A stretch of 64,000 bases of DNA from an uncultured Acetatifactor sp. (GTDB lineage: Bacteria; Bacillota; Clostridia; Lachnospirales; Lachnospiraceae). Within the stretch, counting starts at the first letter, position 1, and each line of letters starts with the position of its first letter. The stretch lies in assembly GCA_910579755.1 (NCBI GenBank), contig CAJTVB010000011.1:11742-75741 (forward strand), read 5' to 3'. Both the position numbers and the translations under genes were made by a program. Shown piece by piece: positions 55,550 to 64,000 of this stretch. Under the pieces are notes generated by a model. That model was given only the letters and a program-made list of their open reading frames with translations, was not told where the DNA came from and ran no database searches.

Positions 55550-55588
55550 ATCTCTAAAAACAGGGGTCCGGTCCAACAGACCGGACCC
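55550..55588 (-). terminator. Intercistronic hairpin plus U-tract between gap and pgk (partial terminator/attenuator)
   Basis: Perfect 10-bp stem GGGTCCGGTC / GACCGGACCC (55564-55588) followed on the minus strand by CTGTTTTTAG. Confidence 0.6.
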
Positions 55589-55681
55589 TGCAGGTCGTAA
55601 TGTCTTTACTTCTTCGCCAGGCGCCAGGAATGCTTCACAACGGAATATCAGTCCCATTTCACCTGCTTATTGCTCTCTTGA

Positions 55682-56695
55682 TCAGCCAAGCTCGCTGAAG
55701 TACTTAATGGTGCGGACCATCTGAGAGGTATAGCTGTTCTCATTATCATACCAGGAAACAACCTGTACCTGCGTATTGCCGTCCTCCATGGGAGCTACCA
55801 TGGTCTGAGTTGCATCAAAGATGGAGCCGTAGGTGCTTCCGATTACATCGGAGGATACGATCTCATCCTCGTTGTAAGCAAAGGACTCGGTGGAAGCGCT
55901 CTTCATAGCGGCATTGATCTCTTCCTTGGTTACAGCGCCCTTCACTACAGCCACCAGAATCGTGGTGGAACCGGTAGGAGTGGGAACACGCTGTGCGGAG
56001 CCGATCAGCTTGCCGTTCAGCTCAGGGATAACCAGGCCGATTGCCTTGGCAGCGCCGGTGGAATTGGGAACGATATTGCAGGCGCCTGCACGGCTTCTTC
56101 TCAGATCGCCCTTTCTCTGAGGACCGTCAAGGATCATCTGATCGCCGGTGTAAGCATGTACGGTTGTCATGATACCGCTCATGATGGATCTGCAGTCGTT
56201 CAGAGCCTTAGCCATGGGAGCCAGGCAGTTGGTGGTGCAGGAAGCTGCGGAGATAACGGTATCCTCGGGCTTCAGTGTGTCGTGGTTTACATTATATACG
56301 ATGGTAGGAAGATCGTTTCCTGCAGGTGCGGAAATGACAACCTTGCGGGCGCCGGCAGTGATGTGCGCGGAAGCCTTCTCCTTGGAGGTATAGAAACCGG
56401 TACACTCCAGAACCACGTCCACCTTCAGCTCACCCCAGGGAAGCTTGGATGCATCCGCTTCCTTGTAAATGGTGATGGTCTTGCCGTTCACGGTGATGTT
56501 GTCCTCGCCTGCCACAACAGAATCAGCATATTTGTACTTGCCCTGGGAAGAGTCGTACTTCAACAGATGTGCCAGCATCTTGGGGCTGGTCAGATCGTTG
56601 ATGGCCACTACCTCATACCCTTCTGCATCAAACATCTGCCGGAATGCCAGACGGCCGATACGGCCAAAACCATTAATTGCTACTCTTACTGCCAT
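55682..56695 (-). CDS. gap: Glyceraldehyde-3-phosphate dehydrogenase
   Basis: INGFGRIGR and the active site SCTTNCLAP. 337 aa. Confidence 0.95.
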   Translation of the reverse strand: MAVRVAINGFGRIGRLAFRQMFDAEGYEVVAINDLTSPKMLAHLLKYDSSQGKYKYADSVVAGEDNITVNGKTITIYKEADASKLPWGELKVDVVLECTGFYTSKEKASAHITAGARKVVISAPAGNDLPTIVYNVNHDTLKPEDTVISAASCTTNCLAPMAKALNDCRSIMSGIMTTVHAYTGDQMILDGPQRKGDLRRSRAGACNIVPNSTGAAKAIGLVIPELNGKLIGSAQRVPTPTGSTTILVAVVKGAVTKEEINAAMKSASTESFAYNEDEIVSSDVIGSTYGSIFDATQTMVAPMEDGNTQVQVVSWYDNENSYTSQMVRTIKYFSELG

Positions 56696-56973
56696 TTTAG
56701 TTTCCTCCTAAAATATTATTTTATATCTTTTGGCAACCGTCTGCCTCTGATATGCATGTCCGATTGTCAAAACTTTATCAGCAAGGATATTTTACCTAAT
56801 TTCCCCTGATAATTCAAGATGTAAATGAAAAATAATTGGTATTCTCCGGAAAATTTACGGTTTGTTTAGAATTAGCCCCCTTCCCTTTTTTCATCCGTTG
56901 CTATATACTATGAAAGTCTTCCCTTTCAAATTACTTCCACAGTCCGTTCCACAAAACATAAAGGAGAATTATC

Positions 56974-57792
56974 ATGCCCATCAATGCAGACTGCCATCTT
57001 CACTCGTCCTTTTCCGGCGACTCGGAAACGCCCATGGAGGATATGGTGCTTCAGGGAATTTCCAAGGGCCTGTCCGTCATGTGCTTTACGGAACACCATG
57101 ACCTGAATTTCCCGGATTCATCAGATGGACCGGGAAGTTCGTTCTTGCTGGACGCAGAGGCTTTCCGCCAGGAGCTATTCCGCCTGCGGGAAAAATACCG
57201 GGAGAAAATCCGCCTTCTTTTCGGCGTGGAGCTGGGGCTTCAGCCGCCCGTCTCCCGGGAAAATGCTCTCTTTGCAAAATCCTATCCTTTTGATTTTATT
57301 ATCGGCTCCACCCATATATGCCGCGGAAAAGACCCGTATTATCCGGATTTTTATCAGGAAAGAAGCGAGGAAGCGGCCTACCGTGAATATTTCGAAGCCG
57401 TTCTGGAAAACGTCGCTTCTTTCCCGGACTTCGACTCCTGCGGCCATCTGGACTACGTTACCCGATATGGCCCCAGCCGGGACAAATATTACAGTTACGA
57501 TAAATACAGGGATATCCTGGACGAAATCCTAAAATGTCTGATCCGGAAGGGAAAAGGTCTGGAGCTGAACACCGGAGGCCTGAACGCAGGCATGCGCGAT
57601 TTCCACCCCTGTCGGGAAGCTCTTTTACGTTACCGCAGTCTGGGAGGAGAAATCATAACCATCGGCTCCGATTCTCATGATCCCGGCCTGATCGCCCAGG
57701 GCTTTGATCTGGCAGCCCGGGCCCTGAAGGAATGCGGCTTCAATTACTATGCCGTCTATGAAAAGCGGCGCCCTGTCTTTGTGAAAATTTAA
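56974..57792 (+). CDS. PHP-family histidinol-phosphatase (HisJ/HisK type)
   Basis: DCHLHSSFSGDS is the N-terminal PHP motif, with further His/Asp motifs (GSTHICRG, SCGHLDY, IGSDSH). AAGGAG RBS. Confidence 0.8.
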   Translation: MPINADCHLHSSFSGDSETPMEDMVLQGISKGLSVMCFTEHHDLNFPDSSDGPGSSFLLDAEAFRQELFRLREKYREKIRLLFGVELGLQPPVSRENALFAKSYPFDFIIGSTHICRGKDPYYPDFYQERSEEAAYREYFEAVLENVASFPDFDSCGHLDYVTRYGPSRDKYYSYDKYRDILDEILKCLIRKGKGLELNTGGLNAGMRDFHPCREALLRYRSLGGEIITIGSDSHDPGLIAQGFDLAARALKECGFNYYAVYEKRRPVFVKI

Positions 57793-57868
57793 GGAAGCGC
57801 CCATTTGGCAGCGCCACGCAAAGAAGTTTACCAGATTGGTTAGGTGGTTTTATAAAAAATATTAATAT

Positions 57869-57893
57869 GCCGCCCGCTTTTTGGGCAGGCGGC
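57869..57893. terminator. GC-rich hairpin between the convergent hisJ-like and nrdR genes
   Basis: GCCGCCCGC-tttttg-GGCAGGCGGC, a 6+2 bp stem with one mismatch. The sequence following it on the minus strand is AT-rich. Confidence 0.3.
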
Positions 57894-58046
57894 AAGATTC
57901 CAAATTTGAATGTTGTGTTCGGCTTTAGGCACCCAATGATATATTCACCCGAGCGCCCCACCCCTTTTATGTGCGATTTAATTTCTAATCATAAAGGAAA
58001 ACAGCGCAAAAAACATTTCTGCCTTCTACGCTGTCTCTCCGACGTA

Positions 58047-58496
58047 TCACTCCAACACTTTTTTCAGTTCATCCATAAAGGTATTGATGTCCTTAAATTC
58101 TCTGTAAACAGATGCAAAGCGCACATAGGCCACCGCGTCCAGGGATTTCAGCTTGTTCATCAAAAGCTCGCCGACCACCTGGCTGGAAATTTCCTTTTCT
58201 TCCATATTAGATATCTCATTTTCCACCTGATCCACCAGCTCAGTGATCTGCTGGACGCTGACCGGACGCTTGTGGCAGGCGCGCAGAACCCCTGCCTCGA
58301 TCTTGGAACGGTCATAGGTCTCCCGGTTGTTATCCTTTTTTATGATAATCAGCGGAATGGTTTCCACCTTTTCATAGGTGGTAAACCGCTTGCCGCACTC
58401 ATCACAAACCCGGCGGCGGCGGATGGAATTGTGATCCTCCACCGGCCTGGAATCGATCACTCTGGTATTTTCATGACTGCAAAAAGGACACTTCAT
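58047..58496 (-). CDS. nrdR: Transcriptional repressor NrdR
   Basis: MKCPFCSHENTRVIDSRPVEDHNSIRRRRVCDECGKRFTTYE (zinc ribbon) followed by an ATP-cone. The start follows AAGAGGAGAAAG. Confidence 0.9.
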   Translation of the reverse strand: MKCPFCSHENTRVIDSRPVEDHNSIRRRRVCDECGKRFTTYEKVETIPLIIIKKDNNRETYDRSKIEAGVLRACHKRPVSVQQITELVDQVENEISNMEEKEISSQVVGELLMNKLKSLDAVAYVRFASVYREFKDINTFMDELKKVLE

Positions 58497-58588
58497 ATTC
58501 TTTCTCCTCTTCTGTTTTCGGATCCCCAAAGCTTATGGGCTCCGTAGCGCTGCCAATATACGACTATCCTTACTTAAAATTAGCATAT

Positions 58589-58822
58589 TCAGCAATGAAT
58601 GTCAACTAAAATGATGTCCGGTCCGATCTGCTTGATGTCCTTATAAGGAATCACAATATTGGGCTCGCAATTGAGAAAATTCAATACCTTGTTGCACCCC
58701 GGAACCATGATCTTACAGATACAGCCGCTGCACTGGTCAAACTCCAGGTCACATACCTTCCCCAGCTTCTTACAGTCCCTGATGTTGATCACATCCTTAC
58801 ATTTCAACTCTGAAAACAGCAT
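58589..58822 (-). CDS. ylmC: YlmC/YmxH-family sporulation protein (PRC-barrel)
   Basis: MLFSELKCKDVINIRDCKKLGKVCDLEFD...IPYKDIKQIGPDIILVD is typical of YlmC/YmxH. About 77 aa. Confidence 0.75.
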   Translation of the reverse strand: MLFSELKCKDVINIRDCKKLGKVCDLEFDQCSGCICKIMVPGCNKVLNFLNCEPNIVIPYKDIKQIGPDIILVDIHC

Positions 58823-58947
58823 AGTCTTTTGCCTCAATTCCAGCTTTCCCGTTCATAATAGTATATGCTTTTTATCCTGGAAGGATTCGCTCCTGCGCAA
58901 ATGTAATAACTGGTCCTTCATTTTATTCCACAACTGTCCCCTGTCCG

Positions 58948-58976
58948 GAATAATTTTCATTTCAGGGTCCATACTA
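58948..58976 (+). promoter_or_regulatory. Forespore (sigma-F/G-type) promoter candidate upstream of sigG
   Basis: GAATA (58948-58952), a 17-nt spacer, then CATACTA (58970-58976). This fits the sigma-G consensus GHATR-N17/18-CATXHTA. Confidence 0.5.
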
Positions 58977-59025
58977 AAAACGAATTGAAAATCCGGCGCC
59001 GGCCGGCGCAGAAATGAGGAACAAA

Positions 59026-59805
59026 ATGGCACAGGGAAAGGTTGAAATTTGCGGGGTAAACACAGCCAAACTGCCCCTTTTGAAATCAGAGGAAAAGGAA
59101 GCGCTTTTCCAGCAGATCGAAGCCGGAGACGCAAAAGCCCGGGAAACCTATATCGAAGGAAATCTGCGGCTTGTTTTAAGCGTTATCAAACGTTTTTCCT
59201 CCAGCAACGAAAACGTGGACGATCTGTTTCAGATAGGATGCATTGGTCTGATTAAGGCCATCGACAACTTCGACTCCTCCCTGAACGTGAAATTTTCCAC
59301 CTACGCGGTGCCCATGATCATTGGTGAGATACGCCGATTTTTAAGAGACAACAGCAGCCTTCGGGTATCCCGCTCATTAAAGGATACCGCCTACAAGGCC
59401 ATCTATGCCCGGGAATCTCTGACCCGGAAAAATCTGAAGGAGCCCTCCATAGAAGAAATCGCCAGTGAAATCGGCATTTCCAAGGAGGATGTTACCTACG
59501 CCCTGGATGCCATTCAGAATCCCATGAGTCTTTATGAGCCCATTTTCACGGACGGCGGCGATACCCTGTATGTGATGGACCAAATCAGCGACAAAAAGAA
59601 CAAGGAAGAAAACTGGGTGGAGCATCTTTCCCTCAGCGAGGCAATGAAAAAGCTAAATTCCAGAGAACATGAAATCATTTCCCTGCGCTTCTTCGAGGGA
59701 AAAACCCAGATGGAGGTGGCGGAATCCATCGGTATCTCCCAGGCCCAGGTCTCAAGACTTGAAAAAAATGCCCTGAGGACCATGCGAAACTATCTGACCG
59801 CATAG
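59026..59805 (+). CDS. sigG: Forespore sporulation sigma factor SigG
   Basis: KVEICGVNTAKLPLLKSEE..., VDDLFQIGCIGLIKAIDNFD, KFSTYAVPMIIGEIRRFLRD and GISQAQVSRLEK are close to B. subtilis SigG as I recall it. The start may be 59014 (MRNK) or 59026 (MAQGK, which follows GAGGAA). Confidence 0.9.
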   Translation: MAQGKVEICGVNTAKLPLLKSEEKEALFQQIEAGDAKARETYIEGNLRLVLSVIKRFSSSNENVDDLFQIGCIGLIKAIDNFDSSLNVKFSTYAVPMIIGEIRRFLRDNSSLRVSRSLKDTAYKAIYARESLTRKNLKEPSIEEIASEIGISKEDVTYALDAIQNPMSLYEPIFTDGGDTLYVMDQISDKKNKEENWVEHLSLSEAMKKLNSREHEIISLRFFEGKTQMEVAESIGISQAQVSRLEKNALRTMRNYLTA

Positions 59806-59825
59806 GGTCTGCAGGATAGAAAAAC

Positions 59826-60383
59826 TCACTCCAAAACCCTCTGATCATCGCACACCAAACCAAAATATATCGTATCCACACCGTTTCCTCTATGGTTCTT
59901 CAAAACGGCCAGCCTCTGATATCCCCTCTTGTCCAGCTCGTGAAGCTGGGCCTCGTTCAGGGACCATGTGCGCGTGGATATTCTGGGACACTGATACTTC
60001 TTTGGCATCTCCCGCTCCATGAAACTGTAAAGTTCCTTCATGACACCCTTTCCCCGGCAGTCTTTTCTGACACAAACCGTGGTTATGTAAAGAGATGTAC
60101 CAAAATCCTCCAGCGCCTCGCACAGATAATCCTTTTTAAAGGTCATAAATCCTACCATGCGGTCCCCCTCCAGGGCCGCCAGGAATTCCTGGGCAATCAT
60201 TTCTTTAAAATAAGAGTGAGGAAGCGCCTGCTCCTTCGTTCCGTCCACCTTCAGCTGTTTCTGGGATGAGCTCTCTCTTGCTGACAAACTGGGATAGAAC
60301 TCCTGGTCGCATTCACATAAGATCTCCCAGATCTGTTCCTTCTCCTTCGATGTCAGAATATTTCCCTTGTACTGTACCCTCAT
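59826..60383 (-). CDS. GNAT-family N-acetyltransferase
   Basis: Motif A-like VCVRKDCRGKGVMKELY. The start at MRVQYKG is preceded by AGGAGG at 5-nt spacing, so the ORF-track start at 60557 is probably an over-extension. Confidence 0.65.
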   Translation of the reverse strand: MRVQYKGNILTSKEKEQIWEILCECDQEFYPSLSARESSSQKQLKVDGTKEQALPHSYFKEMIAQEFLAALEGDRMVGFMTFKKDYLCEALEDFGTSLYITTVCVRKDCRGKGVMKELYSFMEREMPKKYQCPRISTRTWSLNEAQLHELDKRGYQRLAVLKNHRGNGVDTIYFGLVCDDQRVLE

Positions 60384-60575
60384 TTCATCCTCCTGACTCA
60401 GTCTATGACACCTATTCATATCCCGGATAAGCAGCAAATGCTTCCACCCCATCCGGAAGCCCGCGTTAAACCACTTCATTACCGTAAACGGAAGCTGATA
60501 CCGGGTAAACACATCTGCCACCGCTATTATTATATCCTCTCCGGCTTCATAGAACAACTATCCCGGCATAACCGT

Positions 60576-62795
60576 CTAGGGCCGAAACCCATGGATATAC
60601 AGCCTGTGTGCCCGCTTCTCCACCGGTTCCGTGTCGCATATATGTAAAAATTCCTTCTTCAGGCCTGCATATTCCTCGTCGCTCAGTCCCACATTTTTAT
60701 AATAAATCAGACTGGCATTGGCGAAATTATCTGCCAGACTGGCATTATTTTTCTCATCGGAATAAACACTCTCCACTCGGATATCCTCATAGCCGATTTC
60801 TTCCAGAAGCTCCTCCAGCTCTTCCTTTTCCGGATAGTATGCCGGAAATATCCAATGCTTGAACCGCTCTGTCAGCCCCGTCCTCTTAATGGCCTCCCTG
60901 GCCGCCTTATGCAGACCGGCATAGGTTCCGAAGCCTCCCTGATGCACGGCCAGCTCTCCTCCCGGCGTCAGAGCCTCAAACAGCCTTCGGTAAGCCTCCT
61001 TCGGCTCCCGCATCCAGTGCATTACAGCGTTGGAAAAAATCAAATCATATTGGCATTTCTCATGCATGTTCATAATATCCCGGGCCAGGAATTCAATGCT
61101 GCCTCTGTAATCATGCTGCAAAGCAGAATTCCCCGCTAAATCAGGCGCCTCCTGTAAAGAGACCTCCTCCATGTCCTCCCTCTCCTGCCGCAAAAGCTCC
61201 TGATAATTGGCTCTGGCCGTTTCCACCTGGCTCTCCGAAATGTCAAAAGCCGTAACCTCCATATCCCGGTTTTTCATCCACATGGCAATAGTAGTCTTTC
61301 CTGAGCCGCAGCCCACATCCAGCACCCGGCGGCATCCGCTGAAATCGGTGGTATCGATCAGATAGGTTCCCTGTTTTTGCTGGGTCTGGGAGGATTTATC
61401 ATAGGCCGCACCGTCATAACGTACCTCCATTTCCTTGACGGGACGTCTGCTGATGACATTGACAATTCCCAGCGCCTGTTCCACCTGCTCTCCGTTTCTC
61501 TGACAGCGGTTCTGCAGCCTCTCATATATTTCCAAAAGCTCCTTGACACGGTAATAATTCTGTCGGATCACATCATCCCGGGCCACCGACAGATAGATCA
61601 TTTCCTTCCAGGGCTCGTCCAGCTGAAACTGTTCTCTGACATATGCGGAAATCTCTGTGTTTTCCGCCAGATGATCCTTATGCCACAGCTCCAGGTTGCT
61701 GTTGTGGCAGATCATATCGTACACCTGGGGAAAAGAAAGCTGCAGTCCCATCAGCAGAAGCTCCAGTACACGGAAATCCGGGCTGCAGGAGGCCTCAGAC
61801 TCCCTGCTCTCCGGCAGAGGCTTCACCGACAGCACCAGCTGCATCATGTTCATAAGCCTCTTGATGGCTCGGGGATTCTTATTGGTAGACAGCTTTACAA
61901 TGGATTCCACTACCTCCTCGTACTTTGTGTAATTGTATTCCCTTTCAAAAAAAATCATCTTACGCAGCCGCCGCATAACCATGGGTAAAATCTGGTATTT
62001 GGACATGGGAATCACATAAGGAACCTGTATCAGCTTGTCAAAGAAATCCTGTTGAATATTACGCTTATTTATACTTCTCTTACCGTATTTCTCCTCCACG
62101 CCGCAGGCTACAATGTCATAATCAATAGCAAGGATGAAGATGCATTTCCGGATATCAAATAAATTCTTCAGAGCCTCCAGCAGCGTCACCGCCATTTTGG
62201 GCTCAAGCCTGTCCAAGTCATCTACAAATATCAAAAAAGCGTTGTCCGTGACCCCGTTGCGCTTTTCCTCCACCTCGCCGGTCAGAAAGGTCTCCAGGCT
62301 GTCCTTTGCCTTCCGGATACTTCCCTGGGAGCTTCCCGCCGAAAACACCTGCCCCAGCAGCTCGTCGCTATGCTCACTGGTCACATTTACCAAATCCAGC
62401 GCCACGCTGGAAAAAATCTTCAGGCAGTTCTTCAGACTTTCCTTCCTGTGCTCCACATTCTGCCTCTGCACCAGCTTCTCAAAATGCTCCTCCATCTGGG
62501 CAATCAGGCTCATAACCAGCTTTCTGACCGCCTGCTCGCAATCGTTTTCCAAAAACAGCTCCCAGGTATTCAGCCAGATAGGCTCATACCGCTCCTGGGG
62601 CGGCAGTGTCTCGCTGCAGAGACAGTTCTCCAGAATTTTCATAAAGGAAGATTTTCCGCTGCCCCACTCTCCCTGCAAGGCTATGGTCACCGGCGTATCA
62701 CAGCTTTTGATAAAATCGCACAGCGCCCTCACGTATCTCTCGATTCCAAATTCATCCTGCTCCAGCGTTTCCACCGGAATATCCCTGTATTCCAC
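60576..62795 (-). CDS. Fusion protein: N-terminal KAP-family P-loop NTPase plus C-terminal class I SAM-dependent methyltransferase (739 aa)
   Basis: KAP part: Walker A GEWGSGKSS, Walker B LIFVDDLDRL and NPRAIKRLMN. MTase part: motif I VLDVGCGSGKTT, then FDISESQ, and post-I/II DLIFSNAVMHW...LTPGGEL. It is one uninterrupted ORF. The GTG start is 7 nt after AGGAGG. Confidence 0.75.
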   Translation of the reverse strand: MEYRDIPVETLEQDEFGIERYVRALCDFIKSCDTPVTIALQGEWGSGKSSFMKILENCLCSETLPPQERYEPIWLNTWELFLENDCEQAVRKLVMSLIAQMEEHFEKLVQRQNVEHRKESLKNCLKIFSSVALDLVNVTSEHSDELLGQVFSAGSSQGSIRKAKDSLETFLTGEVEEKRNGVTDNAFLIFVDDLDRLEPKMAVTLLEALKNLFDIRKCIFILAIDYDIVACGVEEKYGKRSINKRNIQQDFFDKLIQVPYVIPMSKYQILPMVMRRLRKMIFFEREYNYTKYEEVVESIVKLSTNKNPRAIKRLMNMMQLVLSVKPLPESRESEASCSPDFRVLELLLMGLQLSFPQVYDMICHNSNLELWHKDHLAENTEISAYVREQFQLDEPWKEMIYLSVARDDVIRQNYYRVKELLEIYERLQNRCQRNGEQVEQALGIVNVISRRPVKEMEVRYDGAAYDKSSQTQQKQGTYLIDTTDFSGCRRVLDVGCGSGKTTIAMWMKNRDMEVTAFDISESQVETARANYQELLRQEREDMEEVSLQEAPDLAGNSALQHDYRGSIEFLARDIMNMHEKCQYDLIFSNAVMHWMREPKEAYRRLFEALTPGGELAVHQGGFGTYAGLHKAAREAIKRTGLTERFKHWIFPAYYPEKEELEELLEEIGYEDIRVESVYSDEKNNASLADNFANASLIYYKNVGLSDEEYAGLKKEFLHICDTEPVEKRAHRLYIHGFRP

Positions 62796-62927
62796 GGCAG
62801 CCCCTCCTATTGTCCGTCAAACTCTCAGGCATCCTTCGTTTTCGTACATTTAAACCCAAATCTCCGTTTTCGGATTCGTTTCCTGTATCTTCCGCTTTAA
62901 GTTCTCACGCTTGCTATGCGCCGGATC

Positions 62928-63491
62928 TTAAAGGTCTTCACGCTTGTCCTCCGCCGGCGTGCCCCGGAATATCCGGCACACGCCCCTCCAAAGCCAGTAT
63001 ATGAGAAATCCCAAAATCGTGCCCAGAGTGTTAGTCAAAATATCGTCAATCTGAAAGTAGCCCCTTCTGGTAAGCAGCTGAAGGGATTCGATCCCCAAGC
63101 TGGTAACCGCCCCGATCAAAGTACAGCAGAACAAATTCCGGGCACGGCGAAAAACCCATGGACAGGCAAAGCCATAGGGAATAAACAAAAGAATATTCTC
63201 CACCACAAAAGCATTATTCCTGTCATTGATTCCCCAGGTGGAAAACAGCTCCAGATCCATAATACCTCTTCTGGTTCCGCTCTCCCGGGACAAAAAAGTA
63301 ATGGTCAGCATTACTGTCAGGTAAACCGCAAATACGGCCACGGGCACATACTTGCCTTTTACTCCTCCCTCTTTTCCGCGCCAGAGCCTGGCAGCCAGAA
63401 GGCAGACTACCGCTGCGGGCAGCCCTACCGCCAGACTGTATGGAAGATACCTGACCATAGACAACATATCTTTATATATATATTCAATCAT
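62928..63491 (-). CDS. VanZ-family membrane protein
   Basis: 187 aa with 4-5 TM segments. NILLFIPYGF and DDILTNTLG are VanZ-like motifs. Confidence 0.7.
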   Translation of the reverse strand: MIEYIYKDMLSMVRYLPYSLAVGLPAAVVCLLAARLWRGKEGGVKGKYVPVAVFAVYLTVMLTITFLSRESGTRRGIMDLELFSTWGINDRNNAFVVENILLFIPYGFACPWVFRRARNLFCCTLIGAVTSLGIESLQLLTRRGYFQIDDILTNTLGTILGFLIYWLWRGVCRIFRGTPAEDKREDL

Positions 63492-63585
63492 TTCTGCTCA
63501 TTTCCTGATCAATTCTGCGGCTTCCCGGCACCTCGCTTTTCATCGGCAGATCCGCCTGATTTTATGAGACATGGTTCTGCACGTT

Positions 63586-64000
63586 CTATCGGAAACGATC
63601 CCAGTTTTCTCCCGCATGATCCCACTTATCCTTTTCCTCAAACAGCCTGTCGTTCATCCAGGCTACCGCATCCGTCACACCGTCCTCTTCAAAGGGAAAC
63701 TCCGCTGTTTCCTTCTCTTCCTCCGGTGTCTTGAAAAAATTAAAGGGCTCCGGCCAGACAGTGCACCTGAGCCGCTTTCCTTCCTCCCCCGAAACGCCCT
63801 CCAGACGGTACCGCATCCCCTGACAGCAACCGGTAAACTCCGTCTTTTTTAAAAATTCCATTGATAATATATCTTCACGCCGTATCATGTCGAACACTTT
63901 CCACCCATTCCCATGGGGCTGATATTTAAAAAGGCTCCGGCGCCCCTTTTGCCGGTCAAAGGATTCAGCAAAAGCTATGCCAGAGCCTCCATATTCAGTA
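63586..64000 (-). CDS. Partial CDS, hypothetical protein (the reading frame stays open to the window edge)
   Basis: The frame containing ...GWKVFDMIRREDILSMEFLKKTEFTGCCQGMRYRL... has no stop between 63897 and 64000. The ORF-track GTG start is therefore probably internal. No motif was recognised. Confidence 0.4.
   Translation of the reverse strand, partial: TEYGGSGIAFAESFDRQKGRRSLFKYQPHGNGWKVFDMIRREDILSMEFLKKTEFTGCCQGMRYRLEGVSGEEGKRLRCTVWPEPFNFFKTPEEEKETAEFPFEEDGVTDAVAWMNDRLFEEKDKWDHAGENWDRFR

Overview
This window looks like the chromosome of a motile, spore-forming Firmicute, probably Clostridia (Lachnospiraceae-like), at about 50% GC. All gene calls rest on motifs I recognised in the supplied translations; no searches were run. 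Nearly everything is encoded on the minus strand.

Layout:
- 1-26.4 kb: one co-directional fla/che flagellar super-operon running flgB to flhG, then a PilZ gene and the first codons of a cheB-like gene. flbD-motAB and cheY are embedded in it. codY and topA lie directly upstream.
- 27.6-40.3 kb: housekeeping and DNA-uptake-related genes (topA, a lone tRNA-Glu(CUC), polC, ispG, dprA, comM, an orphan pilT).
- 40.4-41.3 kb: two truncated gene remnants.
- 41.4-48.2 kb: sporulation and translation genes (sigK-like, hemW, lepA, spoIIP, gpr, rpsT).
- 48.3-53.1 kb: accessory-looking genes (TPM protein, zinc-ribbon protein, membrane protein, a FIST protein coupled to a soluble MCP).
- 53.5-59.8 kb: tpiA-pgk-gap, a PHP histidinol phosphatase, nrdR, ylmC and sigG.
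- 59.8-64 kb: a GNAT, a KAP-NTPase/methyltransferase fusion, VanZ and a partial unknown ORF.

No CRISPR array, transposase, integrase or rRNA was seen.

The most unusual items are:
- the KAP P-loop NTPase fused to a SAM methyltransferase;
- the translationally coupled FIST-MCP pair;
- a sigK-like gene with no room for a pro-sequence, next to a decayed locus;
- an arginine/glycine-rich insertion in PolC;
- in-frame 21-bp tandem repeats in fliY;
- structured spacers inside the flagellar operon.
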